Source of the DNA: Octopus bimaculoides
Lineage: Eukaryota
Direction of reading: 5' to 3'
Assembly: GCF_001194135.2 (NCBI RefSeq)
Contig: NC_068999.1
Coordinates: forward strand, 23,523,330-23,587,329
Length of the DNA stretch: 64,000 bases
Every line of letters starts with the position of its first letter. The first letter of the stretch is position 1. Positions 1-12,769 of the stretch are shown piece by piece. The notes beneath the pieces were generated by a model that was not told the origin of the DNA, ran no database searches, and saw nothing but the letters and a program-made list of their open reading frames with translations. Position numbers and translations under genes: made by a program.

Positions 1-145
1 ATATATATATATATATAATATATGCGAGTGCGTGGGTACACACACACGGACATTGAAAGATAGTGATGGGGGGAGAGAGTGAGTGAGAGAGAAAGGATCT
101 GGTTAGCAGGGTGCTCAATAGCTGGGGGGGGGAGGGGGTGCGGCC

Positions 146-1204
146 ATGAAGCCGCTAATAGATGTGGGAGGTAAACAGTCTGGAGGACTAGATGACAATA
201 CAAGGGCCCCGCTCTGCATGCCCTTCACAAATGACAACGGTCACGACACCATCAATCTCAGAAACATGGCGGTCTCTGAGCTCGCCGGAAAAGATGGCCA
301 CATGGCCACATATGAGAGAAAACTTGATTCCAACAATTCAAGAAAACGCTATCTAATGTTTTGGAAGCAATTACGACGGTCCTCTGGAGAACAACGGTAA
401 TGCCAAAAACACTAAGACCTAACGAAACAAGTGGCTCAGGGCAGTTGATGAAAGCCAGCTACTTGAGTTTTAAAATACGATGCTTTCAGTATAACATCAT
501 ACACAGACTGCAACAACCATTCTTGTTTTATGGCTATGCCATGACTCTGGTGGAAATAATGAAGAGGTTCAGTAATATATTATTCGTGCGAAGATGGTTG
601 GACGTTCTCCAACTTGTAGCTCAGTCAACATGTCCAGCAAAACTTAGCCCCGCTTACCAATTCTATCAGTGGTGGAAGAATGTAAAACCACTTGCGTAAA
701 AGCAATCAGTATATTGCTACTTTCTGAGAATGAGTCAGACGCGCCAACTAGGAAGTAATGAAGGAAGCACCAACAGATAGTTCGAGTAGTCTGCCAAAGA
801 CGGCTGGGACATGACAACTACAGCACCAAGAGTTGGGGAAATGCCCGTGTTAAGACGAGAGAGAGCTCATGGTTCAAAGGATGCCATCTAACAGAGGAAG
901 ATCGTCGTATAAAAGCGGTTGGGCTTGCGTGCCAAGGAGAGTGTACAGAATAGAGTAAGTCGCTTAAGCGACGACTATCCTGGAAGGAACTACCAGAGAA
1001 AATCGTCCTTCCTCCAGTGTACCATCGTTGATCTCTTGTCAATCCCAAATAACCTAAAAATATGGGGCAAAGAGAACCAATCCTGCAAGCAGTATAGAGC
1101 AACTTTTTTTTATCCTGAACTACATTTTGATCTGATGTCCTAGAGCACTGGAGAGAAAGCCGATACATGACAATCCTTAAAGAAATTGCTAAGTGGACTG
1201 ACCT

Positions 1205-1205
<1 letters not shown>
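146..1205 (+). mobile_element. Degenerate HERO-clade (RLE-type) non-LTR retrotransposon fragment, RT C-terminal half to zinc knuckle
   Basis: Frameshifted peptides KWLRAVDE..FKIRCFQYNIIHRLQQPFLFY..MTLVEIMKR..RRWLDV and SFLQCTIVDLLSIPNNLKIWGKENQSCKQ..ILKEIAKW follow the motif order I recall for HERO LINE ORFs. Many stops and frameshifts. Confidence 0.75.

Positions 1206-1206
<1 letters not shown>

Positions 1207-1279
<73 letters not shown>
1207..1279. repeat. (GA)n microsatellite
   Basis: Pure GA run directly after the HERO fragment. Confidence 0.98.
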
Positions 1280-1282
<3 letters not shown>

Positions 1283-1759
1283 AAGGGCAGTAAACAACTG
1301 ATATCAAAACCACACACACACACACATATACAGCACAACAATTAAAAACGCATTTAAGTATAAAGAGTGATGTATACTAACGTACCGATACATGCATGCA
1401 TATACATATATGCACATGTAAATATGTTTGTACAAACATACAGACACGTATACATGTACACAGACCAAGCACACATATACTCACACGTATGTAAACCAAC
1501 AGTCCACACACACGCAAAAGTGGGTCATGGCTGCATAATATCAGCGTCCACTGCAAACAAATAATGTTTTCCTTTCACAAGAAGATCGCTGTCAGTTTAA
1601 AACGATACAATATGGAATTACATGAAAGCGAGCGAAAACGGAAAAAATAACTAACAATAAATTCTAAGAATGAATAATTCTCCAAAGAGGCTTCAGAGGG
1701 TTACAGGAAGAAGCCCCACAAAACTACGGTGATACTGACCACTAAAGCAAAAGCTTCCT

Positions 1760-2600
1760 CCCTATTGTCTTCCCTCAGTCTACAGGCGCTTGATTACAGT
1801 GGGCCCATTCACTAGAACCATGCTCGCCACTCTCATCCACTTTTCAGCAAATTTGCTGGGAGGCTGCACTTCCCACTTCACCCAACCCCCACTTTCCTTT
1901 TCCAGTGAAACTTGAAACACTTGATCAGGCCAAAGAGGATGGTATCAGCCTTTAGCCCTTTCAATATGGTCCACCATCCGACCATCTTCTAAAGCCCTCA
2001 GACAAATAAACACTGCCTGTCCTACCTGACCAAAGGAAAGCAGTGATTTTCACATTCAACTCAGCCGATAACCGGATCCGTCAGACACGTGACAAAAAGT
2101 GTTCAGCATAACTCGACAAGTTAGCAATACTCTGGTATTGGACTAATGCATGTGAAACAGATTCGTCGTTCAGCGTGCATCTTGCGCATGCACGGCTGAC
2201 GGCACTTCTATGCCTGTAGAGTTTATCTCAAATGAGCGATGCCCACCGATAGCTCCGTCCCGAAACTCCTCTAGATTAGAGCAGCCAGTTGGTTTTCGTC
2301 TGCGCTCAGTCTCCTCCAGAACATTTTCACCCTTGCCAGACACTAACCTTCTGGACTGCAACTCTGTCAAAGAGACGAGCTGTGAAAATAAACGGCGACC
2401 ACACTTGTTCACTAAAGGAAGTCCATTCTACGATACAAGTCGCAACTCGTTTCGAACAGTCGAGAGAAGTGCTGCTGAAAAGTCGCACACATCTGCTCGG
2501 GTTCGAGTAACATGCACCCATCATGGTTCAGCAAATACTGAACCGTAGCTTTGCTGCCACGTTTCGCCTCTCTTACTCGGGCTCGTCAGACAGGTTTCGT
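1760..2600 (-). mobile_element. Tx1/L1-like LINE 3' fragment (zf-RVT region), degenerate
   Basis: Minus-strand translation DKLYRHRSAVSRACARCTLNDESVSHALVQYQSIANL..RIRLSAELNVKI, a decayed CxxC..H..C zinc knuckle. Homologous to the + strand fragment at 9.7-9.95 kb. Confidence 0.7.
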
Positions 2601-2614
2601 CTCCTCGTGTCGTG

Positions 2615-2655
<41 letters not shown>

Positions 2656-3955
2656 NNNNNNNNNNNNNNNNNNNNNNNNNNNNNNNNNNNNNNNNNNNNN
2701 NNNNNNNNNNNNNNNNNNNNNNNNNNNNNNNNNNNNNNNNNNNNNNNNNNNNNNNNNNNNNNNNNNNNNNNNNNNNNNNNNNNNNNNNNNNNNNNNNNNN
2801 NNNNNNNNNNNNNNNNNNNNNNNNNNNNNNNNNNNNNNNNNNNNNNNNNNNNNNNNNNNACACACACACACACACACACAGATATGTATATATACATATA
2901 TGATAGGCTTCTTTAAGTTTCCATCTACCAAATCCCAGTGAACAGGTCACGGTTTCAAATGATGAAAATATTTTGACACAAATGAAATTTAAATGTTGAA
3001 ATGAAACTAACTGCTTTTGTGTGTTCTTGAATGGCTTACAAACATCTTCCATGCTGCAATTGTTGATTTAAAATAGAGTTATGTAAACGAAAATTCATTT
3101 TAATAGCATATTTTTCGGTTAGAAAATGTTTTTTTCTTACACACACACCGACTTGATTTAGGTGGGGGTAAAAATTTAGATTACCATTTATTTTGGGGTT
3201 TTTTCCACCAATGGACCATGCGTGTGATACTTCGGTATCATCATTCCATAAAATGTGTTTAATGGGACAAAAATATTGTAAAAACATCAATACATGTGAG
3301 AGTGAAAAGGGAGGTTGGTTTGGGTTGTGCTAGAAACAGCAACGAAATCTCCCTTGGATTGTTTACCTTCTCCTCTGAAAATATTTACAATTTGTTTTGT
3401 TTGTTTGTTTTTTTTACTGAAAAGCCTCTTCCCACAGTTTTTAAGTTAAAAAAGAAAATGGCCAAAATCGGTTTGGATAGTTATTTTAAGGCTTTAGCAT
3501 TCCAAACAGCCATAACAACAAAATCACTTTTAGATTTATTTTACAAAAATTATATGGGTATTTTTTTAAAATTTTCATTCATAGATAATGTTTTTACATT
3601 ATATATAGATTAATAGAATACATTGTTGGTTTTCCAAATAGCAAATTAAAACTTGAAATAAAAATATTAAAAGAGAAAGTGAGAGACTTTGCAAATGAAT
3701 ATGGAATACTCCACAGTAAATGCAATAAATATTTGAATTTGTGAAGAATTGGACGCAGTGAATACAATGAATATTTAAATTTGTGAGAAATTGGAGTTTA
3801 AAAAATTCAATAAACTTGAGAAATCGAAATTATAGGAAATTTCTTAGAACATGAATTTATAAAAATATTTCCAGACGGTCAACCCTTTAATTTCTTTTAG
3901 TACTTTTAGTAGTTGCAACATACCTAATTAATAAGCAGCTTTTTCAATTATAGTA

Positions 3956-5618
3956 CTGTGAAATGGGGTTACTTTGAATACCAGGGTAACTTTGAACAAA
4001 ATACATTTTGTCTTCTCTTATTACTTGTTACTAAAATTTCTTACAGAATTGTTTAAATGTGTTGTTAAACTTTAGAATTATATTTCTATGTATGTATGAT
4101 AATTTCAATACATAAAGTAAAATTTGTAAATATAACTTTGATTATCCACTCAAAGAAAGAATTTGTCAACTTCTTCAAATTCCAGCAAAACAAACGTTTT
4201 TGCAAGGTATGAATACTTTTGTCAGTAGCTAAAGCACTTCTTGCATAAAAAATACAAGCTTTTGTTAAAATATGATGTTAATATAACTAGTTAATAATTT
4301 TCTATTGAAGTGTTTTTATAACTTTGGTATCTTTGTAAAAACTTGTATAACATGACATGTCCCCTCTTTGATTATCCAGGAGGGTTACTTTGAATGGCAT
4401 TCAAAGTAACCCAAATCACTGTTTCCAGCAGTAAGCAGGATGCTACCACCCAATTCCACACATATGCTTCAACCACTTGACATGGCATTCTATGGGCCTC
4501 TTAAAAAAGGTTGGAGAAAAATCTTAAATGATCGGAAGGCTTATGGCAGGAAGAACTCAAAGACCTTAAAGAAAGATGCTTTTCCTGCTCTGCTCACACA
4601 GCTGCATGCTGCTCTCTTTCCTGAAAGTGGTCACTCACAGCAAGAATTTGGAAAGTGGTTTCATGAGATGTGGAATTCACCCTTTTCATCCAGATAAAGT
4701 TTTGGATCAGCTACCAGACCATGAAGTGAGCAAAGAAGATGATGAAGTCATCAATGTAAGAGTTTCGGATGTTGTGTTGAGAATGCTAAAGTCAATGAGA
4801 GGAGTGGATGAGAGCAGACCAAAGAAGAGACGAAAGAAGTTGAACATTACCCCTGGCAAAAGTACAAGTGTTGAGGACATCAGTGCTTCTGGTAGTGATA
4901 TGATGGCCACCATTTCATCAACGGTTATAGAGAAGCATGGAGAGAGAGAGCAGCAAGAGAATTTGGATAGTGATGATTCTATGAATGAATGTGACAGGCA
5001 CTCCAGTACTTTAGACATGGTAAGAGCAGAAAACACAGAAAGACAAAGTAGTTTTGTTGGAAACTCTGTCGTTGTGAGGTATGAGGGGCAAACATTTCCT
5101 GGTCAAGTGATCTCAACTGGAAGTGATGGAGCACTCGTGTCATCATTGACAAAATGTAAAAAGATAGGGTGGAGGTGGCCACTGATGGAGGATAAACTCA
5201 TCTACAACTGGGAAGATGTGGTGGAAATGAAAACAAAAGAGATTCCACTGAACAACGGGGGTTTCTATTGATTCCCTGACCTTGAACAAGAATGGGGAAT
5301 ATAAAATGTGCCTTACTGATAACTGTGTGACATTTTCTTTAGTGCTATAACACTTAAAGCTGTTTATTGACTTTTCATTAGTATTTGTTAATAAAAAACA
5401 TTACTGTTCAAAGTAACCCCAAATCAGGGGTTACTTTGAACAGTGACAATTATTTCAAAAAAATAATCAAATATTGACTGCAACTTATTTTTACTTCATA
5501 TATCAGTTTACCTATTTAGTCCCCCTATCATAGTCAACTTTAGTTAAGATAGAAAAAAAGGTTATGAAATTATTGCAATAAGAAGTCTAAAACTGTTCAA
5601 AGTAACCCTGTTTTATGG
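3956..5618 (+). mobile_element. Internally deleted pogo-like (DDE_1) DNA transposon with TIRs and TA target duplication
   Basis: TA|CTGTGAAATGGGGTTACTTTGAA at the left end and TTCAAAGTAACCCTGTTTTATGG|TA at the right end (18/23 match, all mismatches transitions). Internal LPPNSTHMLQPLDMAFYGPLKKGWRKIL is a DDE_1 C-terminal motif. Subterminal GGGTTACTTTGAA repeats. Confidence 0.88.
4440..5271 (+). pseudogene. pogo-family transposase C-terminal part, frameshifted (ORFs 4440-4697 and 4576-5271)
   Basis: DDE_1 motif, then an acidic/basic low-complexity stretch, then a small C-terminal domain VVVRYEGQTFPGQV..WRWP..D. The N-terminal HTH and the first catalytic residues are absent. Confidence 0.8.
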
Positions 5619-5849
5619 TATAGATTGAAACATACTCATATAAACAATACTTAGATCTTAAAATACATATAGAAATACTGTGCTGTGAGTAACGTTTCAA
5701 AACAATTCACAAAAAAAGGTAAAAAAACACTCAATATGTATGTTTACATACGATTGTAGAATTAAAACAACCCGAAAGGAAAGATTATCGAACTTGTGAA
5801 CAACTTTAGATTTGATTCTGACAAAACTGTGTCAAATCTTTTAAAAGAT

Positions 5850-8235
5850 CATTGTCTGTTTTGAAAATCAAATACAAATATCAGTGAATTGACAAAACCA
5901 TCATGGCTAAATGTATAAGACGCCTTCAACCAAATCATGACTACAATCATTGTATACAATGGACCTATAATCTTAACAAGAATTTATATAAAGCATATAT
6001 ACAATCAGACTGCCAACAGCTTGGTTTTATGCAATGGGTAAAAAATTTGTGCAACTCCAAACAAGCAGAATTAAATTTTCTCTAAGACACTTAAATGAAT
6101 AAACAAAATGTAAATTTAAATGAATAAGCAAAATGTAAATTGATACCTCTAATGGAAATGTCAGGTTTAAAGCACGTGGACACTATAAAGCCAGCCATTG
6201 AAGATAATCATTCCACTTCCACTGAGGGACAGACAAAACGGTCAGCTAAATCTAACAAACAAAACACCAACAATTTAGATGAAATCCATACTTACACTGT
6301 ACAAACAAAACACCAAAAGCTTGTGGACACCTTGCAAGTGATCTGGAATGATACATTTCAACAACTCCACAATATTAATTTGAATGACAGGCTAAACAAC
6401 ACCAGTATACGTAAAGAACCTGGTGAATTAGAATTAAAGACAGTAAATGAAATAGCATGCAAATATCTGAAGACAACACATTCCACAGATATGAAAAGAA
6501 CCCACAAAACCATTAACCTTTTGGTGTGTCTCACAGTTATTACATTGCTAGTGTATTGCAAAGAGCTGAAGCTATGCAATTGAAATTCAAGCAGAAAGCC
6601 TGAACCAGTAAGGTTAAAAAAATACCAAAAAACTCAAAAAAATGAACTTTTGTTCTTATGAAAATGCATCCCACTGATAGTAACAACTTAGCTGAAAAAC
6701 TAAAATATAACTCTACAGTATGTAAATATATAAAATATAAACCTACAGTATATAAATATATAAATGAAAATTGCTCAATAAATCATTTGCTTGAGATCTC
6801 AAGTCAATTTATTGCAGCTACAATGTGAATGGCTCAGTCTTTGTGAAAGACATCCCCACAAAAGATCAGGTTGGGGCTTACTGGAGATCTGTGTGGGAAA
6901 CAAGTGATAATTTCAACAAACAAGCCATATGACTGAAAGAAGTGGAGCAGGGCTTCTTGGCAGCATGATCAGCAAAAAGATTGTGAAATAGATGGCAAAA
7001 GACTGAAACAGTTCAAGGGAAAATGTCAAACAGGAAATCCCCAGGCTCAAAATAGGTTACTGACTGAAGATTTTTACCTTTTATTGGCAAGATTTCATAC
7101 GGTTATTTGGAGAAGTATCAAGGGCATGTGAGAACTTCCTCAACTGTCCCAACTACTTTCCTTATCTCCCAAAATAACCAAACTACTCTTGCTAAAAATT
7201 ACCACCCAACTGGCAGCCAGAACATGTGCAAATTATACACTGGGTGCCTCAATCTGTTCTTGAATGATCCTTGAACCAACAACAACATTATAATACCTGA
7301 GCAAGCAGGGGAAAGAAGGGGATGTTGGACTATACACAACTGCTACTAATTAGCAAAATGATCCAGGAAAAACAGTAAAAAATGTTGCAGGGACTTAACC
7401 GCAATGTGGCTGGACTACCAGATGATTTTTTATAGTAAACCATATGGGTGGACTATCAGGGCTTTACAAAGTCCCACAACCACTTGTGAGTGCTATTGAG
7501 TGCCTGACCAAGACATGGTGTACCACTTTGCTCCTTAGTGATAAGGAGCAAGTTGAGTCAGATAGCATTCACTACCAAAAAGGTATCTTTCAGGGTGATA
7601 GCCGGTCAGTGTTGCTCTTCATCCTCACATTAAACCCACTCAAACCTATTTTGATGTCATATGAAGCACATATTGAGACACTGAAACATCTGCAACAGAG
7701 GAAAGAGACCAATAATTCTCTTGCCCAAGTTTGTAACCATGAAATCAACATAATTAAGATAGCTAATGAACTTGAATGGAGATATGAAATACAAGTTGAA
7801 ACAGATCTCTCCCCAAGGAGCGTTGGTAAAATCTATTTATCAGAACAAAATTAAGTGGACCAGTTCACTGAGAAGATAGTACATGAGTACTTGGCATGAA
7901 AAACACAAACTATAAAAGGGATTGATTATGTCAAAAGCTTGGAAGGGAGTAGCAATGAGTTTATGACATCCCACTTTGAAGGCTACCTCCATGCAATTCA
8001 AAAACAAGAGCAAGAATCCCTAGTAAGTACCTACAGAATAAAAGGCAGAAAATATTGACAGACAACAAATGTAGGCTATGCAAGACCAAGACTGAAGACA
8101 TCCACTACATTATTGCCAACTACGAGAGAATGTTTTCCAGTTATCTTCCCATGGGGCATGATGCAGTGGCCAACACAGTCTGGAACAGGATAACAAAAAA
8201 GGAAACACCTACTGAGCAAGTTGACCATATTCAGA
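5850..8235 (+). mobile_element. R4/Dong-like RLE LINE remnant (RT and CCHC knuckle), heavily decayed
   Basis: Recognisable blocks AKNYHP..QNMCKLYTG, EQAG.RRGCW, MWLDY, YQKGIFQGDSRSVLLFILTLNPL, and DNKCRLCKTKTEDIHYII..HDAVA. Confidence 0.8.
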
Positions 8236-8921
8236 CTGATGGATCAAAAGAACCTTCTTGGCATACAACGGAGAACCATCACCATAAAATGTGTGTGTGT
8301 ACAGTAATCTCTCTCTTATCTGGTACCACAGGAACTGGAGTGTTCTCCAATAATTCAATTTTCCGGGTGATCATCACTTACCAAAGTGCTACCATTGCAC
8401 TTTACAAAAATTATTAAAACTCTCCATTATACATTAGTATTATCCTTAATATTCTGAATACAGTGGAAATGGGAGAAATAGGAAGAAATAATAGTATAAT
8501 TCATGTGAAAAATAAGTTTTATTAACTTAAAATACAAGTACAGTATTTCATTTTAGTACTAGATACATTGTGTGTGAGGGTGAGTGTGTGTGTGTACAGT
8601 TAGATGTATGACTACTACAGTTTGAGTTAGAGCTTCAAGTAGATTATCAATATATATCCAGTCACCTTTCAGTACAGTGGTTAATCAACCACTTACTCAG
8701 CAATATTATTAGTTATGATATACAGAGCACTATACAAGCTCGTCGAAACGCCGGTGTTAAAACGTGGGTAGCTGATGAAGTAGAATGTTCTCTATGTGGC
8801 TCGTGTGTTCTCGTCTACGTTTGTTTGCAATGTCCTGTACCCAGATATGCACCTATACATACAGGTGGATGTCGGTATGCACATACCTGTACGTATATAT
8901 GCATATACTCATTTACTATTT

Positions 8922-8960
<39 letters not shown>

Positions 8961-8998
8961 CACCAAATTTTGACTCAGAATAAGCAGTGTTTCTACAG

Positions 8999-9112
8999 AA
9001 GTTCAAGGGAAACAACACTCGCTGTCACTGAGTGATGTTGAGATATACAATGATTATGTCCCTTACACTCGGAATCTAAGAAAAGTCCTTTCAAAATTGA
9101 ACAAGCATACAA
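8999..9112 (+). CDS. Candidate exon of unrecognised gene A (114 nt, phase 1-1; VQGKQHSLSLSDVEIYNDYVPYTRNLRKVLSKLNKHT)
   Basis: Acceptor gtgtttctacag, donor A|gtaaaa, open across the exon, phase-compatible with the next candidate exon. Confidence 0.5.
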
Positions 9113-9294
9113 GTAAAACTTTTTACAATGTTAATGTAAATGAGTTTTCTTTACGAACTTTGGCATGGAAATAAAATATATGAATGATTTATTATCTGAA
9201 AAATGATTATTATTATTATTGTCGTTATTTGGTTGTGTATTTGGTTAACGATACGCTATCTGCGAAATGCTCAGATGCTTGCATTTTAATTCAG

Positions 9295-9362
9295 GTGCAG
9301 GTAATTCAGTTGATCGAACGGCTGAACCTTCTTGGCGTACAACGGAGAACCATCACCATAAA
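9295..9362 (+). CDS. Candidate exon of gene A (68 nt, phase 1-0; AGNSVDRTAEPSWRTTENHHHK)
   Basis: Acceptor gcattttaattcag, weak donor AAA|gtgtgt. Open and in phase with the flanking candidates. Confidence 0.4.
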
Positions 9363-9699
9363 GTGTGTGTGTGTGTGTTATTAATATTCTGCGGAGGGCT
9401 AGGGGTGGGAATGTATGATAACTTTGTTGCAGAAAATTTGGCTGTCGACGAGATTGGACATAAGTGGATTTGTTCCGGAGAATTTTCAAACTGGGGATTA
9501 TGAAGCTTATAGAAATCCCTGGCTTTGCAATGATATCATAAGGAGGAGGATATTGTTGGTTACAGATAAATGCTTCGTGTATTAAAGCAGGCACAGTTTC
9601 AGGAATTTTTCGAAGGGAGGGCACAAGATCAGAAGGGAATACAATTCCAGGAGAAAAGAGCCTAATAATATTATTTAGAAGGGTGCACTTCTTTTCTTA

Positions 9700-9950
9700 A
9701 AGCGGGTGCCGGGGCACGTTTCCCTCATGCATCCCGCTTGGGTTCACCCTTGTTAGAGTGCCGTCAGCCAGTGCCTGTCCGAGATGCATGTAGAACGAGC
9801 ATTTGGTGTTATGTCAAACAGACGTCGCGTTTGGGATGGAACTGGCAATCGGCTGAATCCGTTGTGAAGATCGCTGGTTTACTTTCCTTTGGCCGGGAAG
9901 GGCAAGTAATTTTCCTGTCTTGTGACTGTGGTGAACTGAAATGACAGAAT
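9700..9950 (+). mobile_element. Tx1/L1-like LINE 3' fragment
   Basis: SASACPRC and QSAESVVKIAGLLSFGREGQVIFL, homologous to the minus-strand fragment at 1.8-2.6 kb. Confidence 0.65.
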
Positions 9951-10019
9951 CTGAAAGTTAGAACATGACCGAAAGGGCAAAAAAGACTTTCCTCTTCTTA
10001 CTCTCATCAAAACTTGGAG

Positions 10020-10150
10020 GGGTCTGCTGGTTCGGTCATATATAATGCATATGAATGACAGTTACTGAACACTTATAATTGATGGAACTTTTAGAAGTGG
10101 GAGACCCAAGAAAACATGGGACGAAGTATTGAGAGTGGGAAGGCAGGAGG
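10020..10150 (+). mobile_element. RTE-like LINE 3' end fragment
   Basis: WFGHI and DGTFRSGRPKKTWDEVLR motifs. Confidence 0.55.
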
Positions 10151-10449
10151 TGTAGCCCTCAGTAAATTTGTTGAAATGTGATTGTGAGAGTAAACAATAT
10201 AACTTGAGTGACTGGACCTACTCAAAGTAGGTGCCTGTAAACCAAAAAATGGCAGGACTTGTTCATGGCCCCGCAAGGTTTCACGATTGACCTAAGGTAC
10301 TTATCACCACTATTGGGAAATTTTCAGTGCTGGTATTATTTCGGTAGAGTTTTATTTGGGTGGGGACGCATGTTGCTAGAGATCTCCACAACCATGTTTT
10401 TCTTATTTTCTTTTTACACGTTTTTCAGAAACCCCCCATTGTATTGCGT

Positions 10450-10790
10450 TCTGTCCTTTACATTGCCCTCAGTGTCTTAGATCCATTATGGATAACAAAG
10501 AAATTATCGATAAAGTACCAGTCAAGTAATCGCGGTCGATGGTATCGACTAACCCCCACCCTTCAAAATTGCTGGTTTTCTGCCTTAAAAAAAGGTTGGC
10601 ACCAGTAGTTTGACTGCTGACGCCATTCCGAATAGATCTATCCACAACAGCTTCCAATTCGTGCGAAACATCGTAGAAAGAGTGGGTAAGGAGCCAAGCA
10701 CGAGTGGGACCCTAATCAACTTATATGGATTGAAAACTTTCGATAGAGTCGACCACCAATACTTAGCGGCTGCCCTCCCACAACGTCTGG
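10450..10790 (+). mobile_element. Tx1/L1-like reverse transcriptase fragment
   Basis: AIPNRSIHNSFQFVRNIVERVG..TLINLYGLKTFDRVDHQYLAA, a decayed form of the LD.xKAFDRVDH RT motif. Confidence 0.75.
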
Positions 10791-10849
10791 TTTCGGTCTT
10801 GCCTTTAAATGTTGCGTCACAATGTACAGTGACATTTTGTTTTCTACTT

Positions 10850-11052
10850 TAGGCACAAGGCCCGAAGTTTTGGGGGAGGGGGCTAGTCGATTAGATCGAC
10901 CCCAGTACGCAACTAGTACTTAATTTATCGACCTCGAAAGGATGAAAGGCATAGTCGACCTCGGCGGAATTTGAACTCAGAACGTAAAAACAGACGAAAT
11001 ACCGATAAGCAATTCGCCCGGCGTGCTAACGTTTCTGCCAGCTCGCCGCCTT
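10850..11052 (-). mobile_element. tRNA-derived SINE, family A (GAGCTGGCAGAA..GAGTTCAAATTCC..GTCGACTTTGCCTTTCATCC), CpG-intact copy
   Basis: Further copies at about 14485(+), 17930(-), 18352(-), 19945(-), 20170(-), 20445(-), 22318(+), 24985(-), 26810(-), 35375(-), 40625(+), 52160(+, partial) and 55358(+). B-box-like GAGTTCAAAT. Confidence 0.85.
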
Positions 11053-11715
11053 AGATGTACAGTGACATTTGCTTGGTACATGATACTCAATAGTCACCTA
11101 TCGTAACCATTTAGTGTTATACGTTCGGTCTATCAAGGTTACCTCCCCTGGTCTCTTCTGCGTAAACTGACTCTTGAGCTACTATTGTGGAAACTATAGA
11201 TACTGAGGGACACTCTACGCGAACTGATTAATGAATGTTTTATAAGAAACTGATCTAATGGAGTTGGAAGTTGGGTACGTCTTCTAAGAGGAACAGCCAA
11301 AAATACTCATAAAGCTGTCTGTATTCTTAATTTTTGTATAACCTACAGTGAAACTTAATATTTAAATTGCTTTCCATTTCTTTTTAAATACATTTTGTTA
11401 CATTTCATGGGTGTGAATTATATAAGAGATATGCTGCCTACAGCATAACCGATGTTTATATTTTGTCCCGGTTTTAGGTTTCAATTCATCATATTCATGA
11501 TTGTGAATACAAATTCTCCAGACTCCTGGACCAAAAAGACCAATAAATATGTGCACAAAAGGAATTAGCTCCCTTAGTGCACTGTAAAAGACAAACGAAT
11601 TGGCGAATTACTGAAAACAGATAATTGACTGTAAAAACAATAAATTAAAATCCATTTCACACATAGGATAATAGTGACGAACAAAGAATTCCGAGTTCTC
11701 TGTCTTCTTGCTCAG

Positions 11716-11739
11716 ATTGAATTCAGATATCTCAAAGAG
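11716..11739 (+). CDS. Candidate 24-nt microexon of gene A (phase 0-0; IEFRYLKE)
   Basis: Strong acceptor ttctctgtcttcttgctcag and strong donor GAG|gtgagc. Frame-preserving length. Confidence 0.5.
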
Positions 11740-11978
11740 GTGAGCATGTGTGGTTGAGGACGCTCGAGATCGTGTACTTGAGCCCGTTTAGTCAAAATTC
11801 AAAAGCACGTTTTGATAGAACACATATCGTTAGCTGTTGGGCGTGAGGGTTTGGTCAGCACTATAAGCATGTATAAGATTGAGGCGCAGAGGGTGGGACT
11901 GCAAACTTAAGGGTCGGCCAAGGCAGCACACACTAGATCAGGCCCATTGACTGACTTCGATACCTGGGGGTGCTTCAG

Positions 11979-11988
11979 AATATTCTGG
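11979..11988 (+). CDS. Candidate 10-nt microexon of gene A (phase 0-1; NIL)
   Basis: Strong donor TGG|gtgagt but a weak acceptor (ggggtgcttcag). Proposed mainly because it bridges phase 0 to phase 1. Confidence 0.25.
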
Positions 11989-12527
11989 GTGAGTTTCGAA
12001 ATAAGTGTATCACTAAATCTGAAGATGCACTATTGAATAGCGAGGGGGCAGTGCCGTCCAGTGCACCCCTTTAGTGACGGCCATGCACTAGCTAGACCAC
12101 AGATCAACAGTACTTGTGTTTTATGTTTTCGTTTACAATCGATTTCATGCGGAAAAGTTTCAGAGATTGAAATCAAGTCCTGTTTACAAAATGCTTGTTT
12201 CAAGATGGAGCGTTTGAGTCTCTGCATTTTAAATGTTTTGAAACTATCCTAGACCACTTCTTCCCAAATTGTTTTAAGATTAAAAAGAATTTTGAGCCGC
12301 TTAGTGTGGATTTTGAAGATTTATGGCAGATGACAGGAAATTGTACACACACAAACATAATGTGTGTATATATATATATATATNNNNNNNNNNNNNNNNN
12401 NNNNNNNNNNNNNNNNNNNNNNNNNNNNNNNNNNNNNNNNNNNNNNNNNNNNNNNNNNNNNNNNNNNNNNNNNNNNNNNNNNNATATATATTGTGTCTGT
12501 GTCTGTGTCATTCAGTTTTATTTCAAG

Positions 12528-12604
12528 ATTTTTTGCCAATAGAGAAAGAAGCAGTTTCTAATCTAGATCCAAGGCTACTTCATTGGAATTTCAACATCAA
12601 CAGG
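12528..12604 (+). CDS. Candidate exon of gene A (77 nt, phase 1-0; FLPIEKEAVSNLDPRLLHWNFNINR)
   Basis: Acceptor ttttatttcaag (alternative in-frame acceptor at 12543), donor AGG|gtattt. The other two frames contain stops. Confidence 0.5.
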
Positions 12605-12769
12605 GTATTTTTGTTAATTTGTTTGTATGTATGTATGTATGTATGTATGTGTTTGTTCAGATTTGAATGTTTTGTTTTATGTATGTCTTCTCATACATAT
12701 ACTTGCATATCTAGACATGCTCCTTTAAATCAGCTTTCTCCTTTCTGGTTTTGAGAAGTCTAATTTCTC

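Noticed and set aside
8725-8800. GAAAC and CTGATGA motifs suggesting a hammerhead ribozyme
   Set aside because: The motifs are in the wrong order for type I, and no stem I or stem II can be formed for types II or III.
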